NCBI GenBank assembly: GCA_965215265.1
Contig: OZ244048.1
Span: 4,160,001 to 4,224,000 of the forward strand
Direction: 5' to 3'
Source of the DNA: Candidatus Poribacteria bacterium
GTDB lineage: Bacteria > Poribacteria > WGA-4E > WGA-3G
Length of the DNA stretch: 64,000 nt
Positions 10,896 through 22,028 of the stretch are shown in pieces. Both the position numbers and the translations under genes were made by a program. Numbering within the stretch: the stretch's first letter is position 1; the number at the start of each line of letters is the position of its first letter. The notes below the pieces were generated by a model that worked only from the letters and a program-made list of their open reading frames with translations, did not search any database and had not been told where the DNA came from.

Positions 10896-10982
10896 AATCA
10901 CATAGTAAATTATGCTTTGACCAGCATGGGTAAAATGCTATAATTTTTGTATAAAAATTTTCAAATCACGAGGAACAATCGA

Positions 10983-11600
10983 TTGGCACAACAGAAAGCA
11001 ACTCATATCACGTGGCATCCAGCGACTGTTACACAGGAAGACAGAGAAAAATTGCTCAACCAGAAAGGTTGTGTGCTGTGGTTCACCGGACTTTCCGGTT
11101 CCGGTAAATCAACATTAGCGAATGCAGTGGAATATCTCTTACACCAACGACAGCACCACACATATATCTTAGATGGGGACAATGTTCGTCACGGACTGAA
11201 TAAAAATTTAGGCTTCTCACCGGAGGATCGGACAGAAAACATCCGACGTATCGGGGAAGTGGCAAAACTTTTTGCAGATGCAGGCACTATTACGATGACA
11301 GCCTTCATTTCGCCCTACCGAGCAGATCGAGATCAAGCACGAAATCTCCTCCCCAAAGATAGGTTCGTGGAAATTTTCGTTGAATGTCCACTCACAGTTT
11401 GTGAAAAACGTGACACGAAAGGCTTGTACAAAAAAGCACGTACCGGAGAAATCAAGGAATTTACAGGGATCAGCGCGCCCTACGAACCACCACACCATCC
11501 GGAGATAACCGTCAATACAGAGGAACTTTCATTGCAAGAATCTGCCCAAAAAGTGGTCGCATTTCTTGAGAAAGCCAAATTAGTTCTCACAGCACGCTAA
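10983..11600 (+). CDS. cysC: adenylyl-sulfate kinase
   Basis: [13 protein letters not shown]-loop, [19 protein letters not shown]; probable TTG start after GAGG. Confidence 0.95.
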   Translation: MAQQKATHITWHPATVTQEDREKLLNQKGCVLWFTGLSGSGKSTLANAVEYLLHQRQHHTYILDGDNVRHGLNKNLGFSPEDRTENIRRIGEVAKLFADAGTITMTAFISPYRADRDQARNLLPKDRFVEIFVECPLTVCEKRDTKGLYKKARTGEIKEFTGISAPYEPPHHPEITVNTEELSLQESAQKVVAFLEKAKLVLTAR

Positions 11601-11623
11601 GGCACGGAGATGTTTATACAACC

Positions 11624-12583
11624 ATGAAACTGATTCAATTCCATCTACCTAAATTAGGTAAGCGGGTTGGGATTGTTACCCGCGAAAATGAAGTGATTGA
11701 CGTAACCAGCGAAGAATCACAGAACGTCCTTTCCCTACTGGAACTTGCCGATCAAGAACAAGTAAGCCTTGGCGTACTGCTCGCTGATATACAAGAGCAG
11801 TTGTCAGCATCCAAACCCACTCAACTCCCCCCTCTCAATCCGGCCATTAGCGCGCGGGAAGCGACCAACGGAGATAGACTCACACTTGAAAAATTAGATG
11901 TCCCTCCCAACGAAAACGCCGCTCATCTCTTAGCTCCGATTGATTCACCCGAAGTGTGGGGATGTGGGGTTACCTACAAACGCAGTGCTGATATGCGCGA
12001 TGATGACAGTGAACAAGATATCTACAGCCGCGTCTATCATGCCAACCGGCCCGAGATATTCTTCAAAGCAACACCGGCACGATGTGTCGGCCCAAACGGA
12101 TCCATCGGCATCCGGAGAGATTCCACGCTCACAGCAACTGAGCCTGAACTCGCCTATATCTTGGGCAGCAAGGGCGAGATCGTCGGGTACACACTTTGCA
12201 ACGATGTCTCCGCATGGGATATTGAACGCGAAAATCCACTTTATCTTCCACAGTCCAAAATCTTTTACGGATGTTGTGCACTTGGCCCCATGTTTGTTAC
12301 ACCTTCCGAAATTGACGACCCTTACAATCTGGAAATGCACTGTACAGTGCTACGCGAGGAAAATGTTCTCTATGAAGGAACAGTCAATACGTCCCAGATT
12401 AATTGGAAATTTGAACAACTCACTGAATTCTTATGTAGAGATAATCCTGTACCGTTCGGTACCGTGGTCTCTACCGGGACCGGCATCATCGTTCCCAATG
12501 AATTACCGCTTGCCCCCGGGGACATCGTTCAAATTGAAATTGAAGGGTTCGGAACCTTGTCGAATCCAGTGAAGCAACTGTAG
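11624..12583 (+). CDS. fumarylacetoacetate hydrolase family protein (2-keto-3-deoxy sugar-acid dehydratase-like)
   Basis: EVWGCGVTY, RPEIFFK, EPEL, NDVSAWDIE.ENPLYLPQSK, STGTG. Confidence 0.85.
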   Translation: MKLIQFHLPKLGKRVGIVTRENEVIDVTSEESQNVLSLLELADQEQVSLGVLLADIQEQLSASKPTQLPPLNPAISAREATNGDRLTLEKLDVPPNENAAHLLAPIDSPEVWGCGVTYKRSADMRDDDSEQDIYSRVYHANRPEIFFKATPARCVGPNGSIGIRRDSTLTATEPELAYILGSKGEIVGYTLCNDVSAWDIERENPLYLPQSKIFYGCCALGPMFVTPSEIDDPYNLEMHCTVLREENVLYEGTVNTSQINWKFEQLTEFLCRDNPVPFGTVVSTGTGIIVPNELPLAPGDIVQIEIEGFGTLSNPVKQL

Positions 12584-12594
12584 GAGCCTTATTT

Positions 12595-13701
12595 ATGCAA
12601 CCACCCGAAACTTTTATTGGATTGCCAAAAACCGAATTGGATACACCGGCCCTGCTCATCGACCTGGATAAGATGGAAACCAACATCCAGACGATGGCGA
12701 ACTATTTCAAAACGGTAAATGCCGTACTGAGACCGCACGTCAAAACACATAAAACGCCTATTTTGTCACATAAACAGATTGCTGCCGGTGCAATCGGAGT
12801 CACTTGTGCAAAACTTGGCGAAGCAGAAGCGGTAATCCACGCCGGCATCAGAGACGTACTCATTGCTAACCAAGTAGTCGGAAGGCAAAAAATTGCACGA
12901 CTTATTAACCTCGCTAAACATTCTGAAATTATGGTTGCTGTGGACAATACACAAAACGTGAATGATATTTCAGATGCAGCCACCGCGAAAGGTGTAACCA
13001 TCCGGATGCTGATAGAAGTAAACACTGGCATGAACCGATGCGGCGTTGAACCCGGAAAACCAACGTTGGAATTAGCACAGCACGTACGAAGCACTCCGCA
13101 CGTGAAATTTGAAGGTTTGATGGGCTACGAAGGACATACCGTCGCAAACCCGAATTACGCAGAACGTGAAGCGGCTACGCGCGCAGCTGTGCAGCTGCTT
13201 ATTGATGCGAAACGCTATCTTGAAAAGAACAGCATCTCTGTAACTATCATGAGCGGCGGCGGTACTGGCACTTTTAATATCACAGGTAGCATACCAGAAA
13301 TGACAGAAGTTCAGGCGGGCTCATACATTTTTATGGACTCAACCTACCGGAAAGTAAAGGCGGTTGGCGAACAGTTTCAGTGTGCACTGACTGTGTTAGC
13401 AACCGTCGTCAGCCGCCCCGCACCAGATCGTGTAATTGTTGATACAGGACTTAAGGTACTTGCCAAAGAATTCGGCATTCCACAACCTACCGGCTTGGAC
13501 GGAATCGAAATGACAGGTCTTTCTGAAGAGCATGGAAAAATGAACGCAAAGGAAAACGTTACTCTCATACCAGGTGATAAACTTGAAATTTTACCAACAC
13601 ACTGCTGTACGACAGTGAATCTCCATGACAAGTATTACGGGATTCGTGACGGTATTGTCGAATCTGTCTGGGAGATAGCAGCACGAGGCAAAGCACAATA
13701 A
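12595..13701 (+). CDS. DSD1/D-threonine aldolase family PLP-dependent enzyme
   Basis: [15 protein letters not shown] (PLP Lys), SGGGTGT, QAGSY, SEEHG, HCCTTVN. Confidence 0.9.
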   Translation: MQPPETFIGLPKTELDTPALLIDLDKMETNIQTMANYFKTVNAVLRPHVKTHKTPILSHKQIAAGAIGVTCAKLGEAEAVIHAGIRDVLIANQVVGRQKIARLINLAKHSEIMVAVDNTQNVNDISDAATAKGVTIRMLIEVNTGMNRCGVEPGKPTLELAQHVRSTPHVKFEGLMGYEGHTVANPNYAEREAATRAAVQLLIDAKRYLEKNSISVTIMSGGGTGTFNITGSIPEMTEVQAGSYIFMDSTYRKVKAVGEQFQCALTVLATVVSRPAPDRVIVDTGLKVLAKEFGIPQPTGLDGIEMTGLSEEHGKMNAKENVTLIPGDKLEILPTHCCTTVNLHDKYYGIRDGIVESVWEIAARGKAQ

Positions 13702-13711
13702 GGAGAATAGA

Positions 13712-14026
13712 ATGATTACGACTACAACTCACAGCGTTGAAGGCAAGCAAATTACGGACTACCTCGGTATTGTTACCGGCGAAGCCATTATGGGGGCAAA
13801 TATGTTTCGCGATTTTCTTGCCGGAATTACCGATTTGGTCGGCGGCCGCTCAGGAACCTATGAAAACAAACTCGCGGATGGTCGCGAAACGGCCATTCTC
13901 GAGATGGAACAACTGGCAAGACAACGCGGCGCTAACGCTGTCGTTGCCGTTGACATTGATTATGAAGTGATCGGCGACAGTATGTTAATGGTAAGCGCAA
14001 GCGGAACCGCCGTTAAAATTGAATGA
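13712..14026 (+). CDS. YbjQ/UPF0145 family protein
   Basis: [16 protein letters not shown]...GGRSGTYE...GANAVV.VD.DYE...SASGTAV. Confidence 0.9.
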   Translation: MITTTTHSVEGKQITDYLGIVTGEAIMGANMFRDFLAGITDLVGGRSGTYENKLADGRETAILEMEQLARQRGANAVVAVDIDYEVIGDSMLMVSASGTAVKIE

Positions 14027-14141
14027 AATCACTTTGTGACTGCTAGACTTGCGGATGGCACGAGTGCCCCCTACTATAAAAAACTCACTGCCGAATACTG
14101 ATAACTGATAACTCAATGTTCCTCTTTTTTGCGAATTTGGT

Positions 14142-14170
14142 TTGACAAGCATTGTTTGGCGGTGTATAAT
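14142..14170 (+). promoter_or_regulatory. consensus sigma70 promoter of the nos operon
   Basis: TTGACA-N17-TATAAT about 175 nt upstream of the nosZ ATG. Confidence 0.7.
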
Positions 14171-14344
14171 TATTAACGGTTTCTTTTTAATAACAGATAC
14201 CTTCATTGATTAACGAGAATCCGCATTAGCGTAAAATTCACGAAAACCACAAACTTGATTAGATATTTGGAGGGTTTACGATTGCAATTCGGAATGACAT
14301 TATGCGACGCAACACCCTCTGAAACAACGAAGGAGACTTTACCC

Positions 14345-16348
14345 ATGCAAAACAAAACGCTACACACCTTATTTTCAATTCCAGCACTAGGCGCTGTAAT
14401 TCTGGGGCTAGTACTGTATATGTTAGTTACGCCGGAAACTGCCCACCCCCAATTCCCCAATGGTGCAATGGATATTGTGCAGGAACGCCAATTAACGCCT
14501 GATGATATCAAGGCTGCCCTCGCAACCTATACACCCACTGGCAGGCATGACGAGTATGTGATGTTCACATCAGGTGGGCACAGCGGGCAAGTGATAGTAA
14601 TCGGTATGCCCTCAATGCGTATCCTTAAAGTCATCGCCGTCTTCACACCAGATCCATGGCAGGGCTACGGATACGGTGTCAAGGAATTACCACTAAACGC
14701 CGCAAACGCCGGCGTTACAGTTGATGGACAAACCCTAACCTGGGCGGATACCCATCACCCCGCATTAAGCGAAACTAAAGGCGATTACGACGGACAATAC
14801 CTTTTCATCAATGACAAAGCCAACGGCCGCGTTGCAACAATTGACCTGAGAGATTTTGAGACAAAACAGATAGTAAAAAATCCTGTGGTACACAATGACC
14901 ATGGAGCGACGATGGTAACGCCTGACACGGAATACGTCATTGAAGGCTCACAATACGCAATGCCCTTGGGCAATGAATATGCCCCGATTTCTGAATACAA
15001 GGCAAAATATCGCGGATTGATGACTTTTTGGAAATTCCATCGAGAGCAGGGACGAATTGTGACAGATCAGTCCTTCGCACTAGAACTCCCCCCTTACTGG
15101 CAAGATTTAGCCGATGCCGGAAAACTAACCAGCGACGGATGGATTTTCTGCGGCTCTTTTAACTCTGAAATGGCCACAGGCGGGATTGAAGATGGGAACC
15201 CACCTTTTGAGGCCGGCACCACCGAACGAGATATGGATTACCTGCACCTTGTCAACTGGCGGAAAGCTGAACAGGTTTTCAAGGACGGAAAAACCACCAA
15301 CATAAACGGATTCCCGGTGATTTCGCTCGAGACTTCTGTCGCAGAAGGACTCCTCTACCTCACACCGGAACCCAAGAGCCCGCACGGCGTCGATGTGAGC
15401 CCTAGTGGAAACTACATCGTTGTTTCCGGCAAACTTGATCCGCACGTCACAGTCTATCACATCAATAAAATTAAAAAAGCAATAGAAGATAAAGATTACG
15501 AAGGTACAGATGAATACGGTGTCCCTATTCTGCGATTCGATGCTGTTCTTGAAGCACAGATCGAGGTTGGCCTAGGACCACTTCATACTCAGTTTGATAA
15601 CCAGGGCTATGCATACACCAGTCTTTTCCTTGACAGTGCTGTTGCTCGATGGACCCTTGGACCAGATGCGAAATACAAAGCCCCTGAACGCCACTGGAGA
15701 CTCATTCAGCAGCTCCCTGTTCACTACAACATTGGACATCTTGTTGCTGCCGAAGGTGACACCGTCGAACCAGATGGAAAGTACCTGGTCGCGCTAAACA
15801 AATGGGCAGTAGATCGATTCTTGAATGTTGGGCCCTTACTGCCACAAAATCTCCAACTGGTTGATATATCTGATACCGGGGACAATATGTCCCTCCTTTA
15901 CGATCTCCCGCTTGGAATTGGCGAACCGCATTATGCACAGATTATAAAAGCCGATAAACTTTCGGCATGGGAAATCTATCCAGAAGTCGGATGGGATACC
16001 GTCAAACAACAGAAACATGCAAAAGCATCAGAAAAGGGCGCTATCACCCGTAACGGAAACACCGTGGAAATCTCAATGACTGCCATCCGGAGCCACTTTG
16101 AACCCGAGATTATAGAGGTTAATAAAGGCGATAAAATTGTCTGGCACCTGACGAATCTTGAACGCACCTACGATGCGACCCACGGCTTCGCGCTACCCGG
16201 TTACAACATCACCTCAAGTATTGAGGCAGGCGAAACAGTAACGCTCGATTTCATTGCTGACAAAACAGGCGTCTTCTCGTTCTACTGCACAGAGTTCTGT
16301 TCAGCACTACACTTGGAGATGGTGGGATATTTCCTCGTCAAACCCTAA
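14345..16348 (+). CDS. nosZ: Sec-dependent (clade II) nitrous-oxide reductase
   Basis: FTSGGHSGQ, DTHHP, NDHG, SPHG, GPLHT, EPHY CuZ histidines; CuA motif CTEFCSALHLEM; no twin-arginine signal; AAGGAG RBS. Confidence 0.95.
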   Translation: MQNKTLHTLFSIPALGAVILGLVLYMLVTPETAHPQFPNGAMDIVQERQLTPDDIKAALATYTPTGRHDEYVMFTSGGHSGQVIVIGMPSMRILKVIAVFTPDPWQGYGYGVKELPLNAANAGVTVDGQTLTWADTHHPALSETKGDYDGQYLFINDKANGRVATIDLRDFETKQIVKNPVVHNDHGATMVTPDTEYVIEGSQYAMPLGNEYAPISEYKAKYRGLMTFWKFHREQGRIVTDQSFALELPPYWQDLADAGKLTSDGWIFCGSFNSEMATGGIEDGNPPFEAGTTERDMDYLHLVNWRKAEQVFKDGKTTNINGFPVISLETSVAEGLLYLTPEPKSPHGVDVSPSGNYIVVSGKLDPHVTVYHINKIKKAIEDKDYEGTDEYGVPILRFDAVLEAQIEVGLGPLHTQFDNQGYAYTSLFLDSAVARWTLGPDAKYKAPERHWRLIQQLPVHYNIGHLVAAEGDTVEPDGKYLVALNKWAVDRFLNVGPLLPQNLQLVDISDTGDNMSLLYDLPLGIGEPHYAQIIKADKLSAWEIYPEVGWDTVKQQKHAKASEKGAITRNGNTVEISMTAIRSHFEPEIIEVNKGDKIVWHLTNLERTYDATHGFALPGYNITSSIEAGETVTLDFIADKTGVFSFYCTEFCSALHLEMVGYFLVKP

Positions 16349-16350
16349 CA

Positions 16351-16708
16351 CATCTTGGTATACTGCAGCACACCAACACTCTATGTTATGATAACCTTAG
16401 CACAAAACTCGTCAGAGAGTTCCGATGTTATGAATCTAAACATCTTGGTATACTGCAGCACATCAACACTCTATGTTATGATAACCTTAGCACAAAACTC
16501 GTCAGAGAGTTCCGATGTTATGAATCTAAACATCTTGGTATACTGCAGCACATCAACACTCTATGTTATGATAACCTTAGCACAAAACTCGTCAGAGAGT
16601 TCCGATGTTATGAATCTAAACAGAGAGAGGATTTGGGTGGGCGGGCGACGAGATTGACACACGAGTACCCACGACATAAGCGGTGACGGTACGGAGATAT
16701 ACAAAAAA
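16351..16708 (+). repeat. modular palindromic intergenic element with three tandem 90-bp left units
   Basis: Near-identical 90-bp units at 16351, 16441 and 16531, then GACGAGATTGACACACG...GTACGGAGATATACAAAAA and AAGGAG-ATG. Confidence 0.9.
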
Positions 16709-16718
16709 TAAGGAGTTA

Positions 16719-19700
16719 ATGCCCGTGCAACCTGTAGGAAAAGTCCGGCAACATTGGTTAGTAAAAGTGCTGCTGATCGTCGCCGGTATCCTCTTGCTGA
16801 TTTCGCTGTTTTTTCCTTATTGGAGCGTAGAACTTGAAACGGGTATCTATCCCAAGGGACTGACGCTGCAGATCCGGCCTTATCGGCTTGAGGGCGACGT
16901 TGAAGAAATTGACCAACTTAACCACTACATCGGAATGCGGACGCTGAAAACTGCCGGGCAGCTTGAACGCGCCATCGCCATCCCTTCAATTATTCTCGCA
17001 GCTGTGTGTCTTCTCATCGCGCCCTTTGTTCCGAAAAAGTGGTCCCTATGGCTAACGTTGCCCGGGCTCGTGTTCCCTGCGATATTTCTTGGTGAGCTGT
17101 ATTGGTGGCTCCGCGAGAGCGGTCTAAATTTGCATCCCGATGCGCCTCTCAATCAGACAATCAAGCCATTCATACCGCCGCTCTTTGGCGATGGACAAAT
17201 CGCGCAGTTCAATGCAAAAGCCGCTTTCCAATTAGGCTTCTTCCTTGCCCTGCTCGCAGGGGCGTTGTCACGGGTGGCATTTTACCTGATGAAACCTCAA
17301 TGGTTAGCGAAAAGCCTGGTCGTTGATGCCGCCCTACTGTTGATGGTTTCGGTGCTCTTCCCATATTGGCGCGTGGATTTTGAAGCCAAGAAATTCCCGA
17401 AACCGCTGATTCTGCAGGTGCGCCCGCACCGCCTTGAAGGAAATATCCGCCAGATTGACAAACTCAACCAGGATTTGGGCATGCGCGAATTGGAAACCGT
17501 CGCAGAATTTGAGCGAAAAGTGGCCTTGCCGGCAATCGCCATCGCCACGTTCTGTTTGCTCATATCTCCTATTGTACACAAAAAATGGGCCTTCTGGTGC
17601 ACCCTTCCAAGTCTGCTGTTTCCACTTATATTCATTGCGGAACTCTATAGGTGGCTCCGAAACATAGGGCTAAATCTTGATCCGGAAATGGCACTCTATC
17701 CTGACGTACAACCTTTTGTGCCACCCCTTATTGGTATGGAAAAGGTAGGTTCACTCACAACTATCGCCACATTCCAAATAGGGTTCTATTTTGCTATCTT
17801 TGCCGCGTTGATAGCAGGCGTTTCACTCTATCTACAAAAACTGAAGCGACTCGACCTTCACAAGCAGCGCCTTACAATTTTCATGGGCGTGCTAACCCTC
17901 TCGATGACAATGCCGACAATGGCAGAGACGCGAATTGTCGAATCTGATACAACCATTGAGGAGACACTGAAGTTAGCTGAAAATGGCGACACAATTATTG
18001 TGAAAGGTGGGTACCATCAGGAACGTTTCGTGATAGATACATCCGTGACACTCATCGGTGAAGATAATCCGGTGATTGATGGAGCAGGTTTGGGCAGCGT
18101 TGTCATGGTGAACGCACCGGAAGTCACTATCCGTGGATTCACAATCCGCAACACAGGCATCCAACTTTCTTCCGGCGACGCGGGCATCATGATAAAAAAA
18201 GCAGAAGGCGCACTTATTGAGGAGAACCGCTTTGAAGATGTATTGTTCGGGGTTCAAGTACGAAACTCACCGTATACCCGTGTTCAAAACAACACATTTG
18301 AAGGCAAAGCCTTAGATGTGGGACGCCGCGGAGATCTCATTCGGGTTTGGTATAGTAATGGCACTCTTGTCGAAAACAATCATGTATCCGACGGGCGAGA
18401 TGTGGTGATCTGGTACTCAAAAGAGGTAACAGTCCAGCAAAACGAAGTGCGGAACGGGCGCTACGGCATTCATTTCATGTATTGCGACGACGCGACTATC
18501 ACTGAGAATCGGTTAATCGGAAACTCTGTCGGCATCTACCTGATGTACAGTTATCGTCTACAGTTGACGAAAAATTGGATTGTGGGCAACCGCGGCGCAA
18601 GTGGCTATGGAATCGGGCTCAAAGATATGCTTGATGGGGAAATCACGGATAACTTTATCGCAGACAACCGGGCCGGAATGTTCATGGATAACGCAACAAA
18701 TACCTTTAATAACAATCTGATTGCCTTCAACGATTCCGGGCTTTTAGTCCTACCCTCCGCACGAAAAAATCATTTCGCCAAAAATAGCTTTGTTGATAAT
18801 GGAGAGCAGGTAACGATTGAGGGACAAGGCTCAATTCGGAGTAATCAATGGACTGGAAATTATTGGAGTGATTACAGCGGTTACGATGCAAATCACGACG
18901 GCACCGGCGATGCACCCTACCAATCTGTGCATCTGTTTGAGAGGTTGACAGAACAACACCCAGTCCTGCGGCTTTTTACCTACAGCCCCTCAGTAAGTGC
19001 GATTGATTTTGCAACCCGCCTGTTTCCTCTATTTATGCCACAACCGAAACTCACCGATGAAGCGCCTCGCATGCACCCGATGCCTCCAATGCTTGAAACC
19101 CCTCAAAACCGAGTGTCAGCAGTCTGGCTGATCGGTTCTGCTATCTTATGTCTCTCAGGGCTCACCTGTGCCGGATCAGGCAAATGGGTTTCGCGTTTCG
19201 CAGGGCACATTTCACACAGTAGGCACCGCGAAAACCTCAAGATGGATGCGATGCCACATCACACAAGACTCGCACCTGCTATCTTCGTCCGCAATCTGAC
19301 CAAACGCTATGGGCGTGTAACCGCTGTGGACGATTTGAGTTTTGACGTGACTGCCGGTGAAACAGTTGCACTATGGGGCGCAAATGGTGCAGGGAAAACG
19401 ACGGTGCTACGGTGTATATTGGGTATCCTGCCTTTTGATGGAACGGTAACGGTAGGCAATAACGGCGAAGAGGCATCAGCTATATCCGCGTCAAATTCAT
19501 CTCGTACAGAAGGCAAAGTACTCCGTGGACAAATGGGTTACGTCCCGCAAGAGGTAAGGCTCCACAGCGACCTAACGGTGAAAGAGACAGTCACGTTTTA
19601 CGCCCGGCTTCGATCGGTACCGCAAATCGAGGTCGAGCAGCTCATGAAAGAGTGGCAGCTTTTCGAGATTCTAAATAAGCGGGTAGGCACACTTTCTGGC

Positions 19701-20171
19701 GGTATGAAACAGCGGCTGTCGCTCGCAATTGCGCTGCTCTCGAATCCACCGATTCTTTTATTAGATGAACCGACGAGTAATTTAGACAGAGAAACACGTC
19801 AGGAATTTTGGGCTGCATTGGAACATCTCAGGGCAGCGGGCAAAACACTCATCTTCTGCTCGCATCGACTTGATGAAATCACCGCGCTCGCAGACCGCGT
19901 CATCGTTATAAAGAACGGAAAAAAGGTCACAGAAGGCCCGCCCACTTCTCTTAACAGTCATCTTTCAACGGACGTGTTGTTGAATCTGACTATCCCCGAG
20001 GCGTTTCACGGGCGTGCGAAAACGCTCCTCGCGCAGCACGGTTTCTCTGTGCAGTGCAGCGGCATGAATCTCTCAGTCCACACAGCGAATAACATGAAAA
20101 TTGAGGTCTTTCAAGTCTTGATGGATGCCGCTATTCCTATACACGATTTTGAGTACTGCAGCCAATTTTAG
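16719..20171 (+). CDS. fusion protein: two NosB-like membrane domains + NosD + NosF ABC ATPase
   Basis: Two copies of PYW...L.G...ID.LN..GMR...PF.PPL.G; CASH beta-helix with GRYGIHFMY and GNYWSDY.GYD; Walker A GANGAGKT, LSGGMKQR, LLLDEPT. Confidence 0.85.
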   Translation: MPVQPVGKVRQHWLVKVLLIVAGILLLISLFFPYWSVELETGIYPKGLTLQIRPYRLEGDVEEIDQLNHYIGMRTLKTAGQLERAIAIPSIILAAVCLLIAPFVPKKWSLWLTLPGLVFPAIFLGELYWWLRESGLNLHPDAPLNQTIKPFIPPLFGDGQIAQFNAKAAFQLGFFLALLAGALSRVAFYLMKPQWLAKSLVVDAALLLMVSVLFPYWRVDFEAKKFPKPLILQVRPHRLEGNIRQIDKLNQDLGMRELETVAEFERKVALPAIAIATFCLLISPIVHKKWAFWCTLPSLLFPLIFIAELYRWLRNIGLNLDPEMALYPDVQPFVPPLIGMEKVGSLTTIATFQIGFYFAIFAALIAGVSLYLQKLKRLDLHKQRLTIFMGVLTLSMTMPTMAETRIVESDTTIEETLKLAENGDTIIVKGGYHQERFVIDTSVTLIGEDNPVIDGAGLGSVVMVNAPEVTIRGFTIRNTGIQLSSGDAGIMIKKAEGALIEENRFEDVLFGVQVRNSPYTRVQNNTFEGKALDVGRRGDLIRVWYSNGTLVENNHVSDGRDVVIWYSKEVTVQQNEVRNGRYGIHFMYCDDATITENRLIGNSVGIYLMYSYRLQLTKNWIVGNRGASGYGIGLKDMLDGEITDNFIADNRAGMFMDNATNTFNNNLIAFNDSGLLVLPSARKNHFAKNSFVDNGEQVTIEGQGSIRSNQWTGNYWSDYSGYDANHDGTGDAPYQSVHLFERLTEQHPVLRLFTYSPSVSAIDFATRLFPLFMPQPKLTDEAPRMHPMPPMLETPQNRVSAVWLIGSAILCLSGLTCAGSGKWVSRFAGHISHSRHRENLKMDAMPHHTRLAPAIFVRNLTKRYGRVTAVDDLSFDVTAGETVALWGANGAGKTTVLRCILGILPFDGTVTVGNNGEEASAISASNSSRTEGKVLRGQMGYVPQEVRLHSDLTVKETVTFYARLRSVPQIEVEQLMKEWQLFEILNKRVGTLSGGMKQRLSLAIALLSNPPILLLDEPTSNLDRETRQEFWAALEHLRAAGKTLIFCSHRLDEITALADRVIVIKNGKKVTEGPPTSLNSHLSTDVLLNLTIPEAFHGRAKTLLAQHGFSVQCSGMNLSVHTANNMKIEVFQVLMDAAIPIHDFEYCSQF

Positions 20172-20484
20172 TCTACGGCAGCACAACAAAGATTGCTGTA
20201 ATGTTCAATCCACTATAAATCTCGCCAGAGCCGTTTGATGTTATGATTTTAAAGGCTATACCTAGAGCGGCTCCGACGAGATTTACACACGAGCCATCAA
20301 AAGCATAAGTGCTGATGGTACGGAGATATACGAAAACACGAGATTTACACACGAGCCATCAAAGCATAAGCGCTGATGGCACGGAGATATACAAAAGATT
20401 GAATCTAAACATCAGGAGTCTCAGACGAGATTTACACACGAATACTCACGACATAAACGTCGACGGTACGGAGATATACAAAAA
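20166..20484 (+). repeat. modular palindromic intergenic element, complete, with three right-arm units
   Basis: TTTTAGTCTACGGCAGCAC (overlaps the stop)...AAATCTCGCCAGAG...CTCCGACGAGATTTAC...3x G(T/C)ACGGAGATATAC. Confidence 0.9.
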
Positions 20485-20498
20485 GAAGGGGACGAGGC

Positions 20499-21335
20499 AT
20501 GACAAATTCAGCAATTGTAAACATTGCGATTGTGATGCGTAAAGAGGCAGCGGATTCTAGACGTAATAAATGGTTTATCCTATTTACCGTGGTTTTTGCA
20601 GGATTAGCACTCGGATTCAGTCTGCTTGGATTTTCAGGGCTTGGCACTTTCGGCATTGCCGGGTTTGGTCGAACAGTCGCAAGCTTGATTAATCTTGTGA
20701 TGCTGATCGTACCGCTTATGGGGCTTATGTTAGGGGCTATCAGCATTTCCGGCGAACGCGAGCGCGGCAGCCTACTCCCCTTGCTCGCCCAACCCATAGT
20801 GCCCACAGAGCTTTTGCTCGGCAAATACTGCGGCACAGCAGTCGCGCTCACAGCATCAATTCTATTCGGCTTTGGATTCAGCGGCATCGTTATCGCTTGG
20901 CAGGGCGGGCTCGCACAATTCAGCGATTACTTGATGCTAGTTGGATTGACCTTACTAATTGGGCTGGTACATGTAAGCATCGGATTCCTCCTCTCTGCGT
21001 TTACATCGAAAAGCACAACAGCTATAAGTATCGCACTGCTCCTCTGGCTAACCATTGTCTTTATCAGCGACTTGGGGTTAATCGGGACAGCTGTTGTACT
21101 GCGGCTCGCACCTTCCGTAATGCTGGCATTCGCATTGATTAACCCTGCGCAGGTGTTCAAATTAGCAGCAGTTCATATCATACAAGGGAATCTCGAAATA
21201 CTCGGCGCAGCAGGACTTTATGCCGCCGATGTTTTTGGAGGTTTGCTGTTACCTACACTGATAGCGTTGCTTTCCCTATGGGTATTTATCCCCCTCTTGC
21301 TGGCAATTGGTGTCTTTCGACGAAGGAGTTTCTAA
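20499..21335 (+). CDS. nosY: NosY ABC transporter permease
   Basis: RTVASLINL..IVPL, ISGERERGSL..LLAQP, GKY.G, LINPAQVF; position in nos cluster. Confidence 0.85.
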   Translation: MTNSAIVNIAIVMRKEAADSRRNKWFILFTVVFAGLALGFSLLGFSGLGTFGIAGFGRTVASLINLVMLIVPLMGLMLGAISISGERERGSLLPLLAQPIVPTELLLGKYCGTAVALTASILFGFGFSGIVIAWQGGLAQFSDYLMLVGLTLLIGLVHVSIGFLLSAFTSKSTTAISIALLLWLTIVFISDLGLIGTAVVLRLAPSVMLAFALINPAQVFKLAAVHIIQGNLEILGAAGLYAADVFGGLLLPTLIALLSLWVFIPLLLAIGVFRRRSF

Positions 21336-21799
21336 TGAAACAGAGAACAAGCGGCACGTTACGCCTCACGTTGACGGTTATCATCATGAGTGTGATAACT
21401 CTCAGTTGTAACACAAAAGAGGAAACGCTTCCACGGATCCGCTACGGAGAGGAAACCTGTGATCGATGTCGCATGATCATCAGCGAAAAACGTTTTGCAG
21501 CCGCATACCAGACCGGTGAAAATGTGATGCAGAAATTCGACGATTTAGGATGTGCTGTCATTTATCGTAACGAACACAGTGAACGGATTAAACATTTTTG
21601 GGTATATGATTACGAAGAAACCGCTTGGTTAGATACAGCACAAGTGTTCTTCGTACGGAGTACAGACCTATTGACACCGATGGGCTACGGAATTGTCGCA
21701 GTAAAAACAAAAATAGAAGCGCAACGCTTGGCGGAAAATACAAACGGTGAACTTGTAGAATTTAACCAACTTCAACACATCTTAACCGATAATCAATAA
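21335..21799 (+). CDS. nosL: NosL copper chaperone lipoprotein
   Basis: Lipobox TLSC; CDRCRMII; KFDDLGC; TPMGYG. Confidence 0.9.
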   Translation: MKQRTSGTLRLTLTVIIMSVITLSCNTKEETLPRIRYGEETCDRCRMIISEKRFAAAYQTGENVMQKFDDLGCAVIYRNEHSERIKHFWVYDYEETAWLDTAQVFFVRSTDLLTPMGYGIVAVKTKIEAQRLAENTNGELVEFNQLQHILTDNQ

Positions 21800-21803
21800 A
21801 GTC

Positions 21804-22028
21804 TTTAGTATATCTTAGCACGTCACAAGTTGCTGCTATGTTAATAACTTTACAAATCTCGTTCCCTCGTCTACAGGAGCCCGATACAAGGCTACTGCTA
21901 TGTTAATAACTTTACAACACGAGCCATCAAAAGCATAAGCGGCGGTGGTACGGAGATATACGAAAATACGAGATTTACACACAAGCCATCACAACATAAA
22001 CGATGATGGTACGGAGATATACAAAAAA
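21804..22028 (+). repeat. modular palindromic intergenic element
   Basis: TTTAGTATATCTTAGCAC...2x GTACGGAGATATAC, ending directly at ATG 22029. Confidence 0.85.

Noticed and set aside
14170-14344. FNR/DNR box upstream of nosZ
   Set aside because: TTGAT half-sites are present but no matching ATCAA at N4 spacing.
16355-16657. Short ORFs with RDLHT/DGTEIYK/VYCST repeats (also 20309, 49794, 53339) and N-terminal extensions of 9366, 16683, 21945, 50008
   Set aside because: They are translations of the repeat element, not credible genes.
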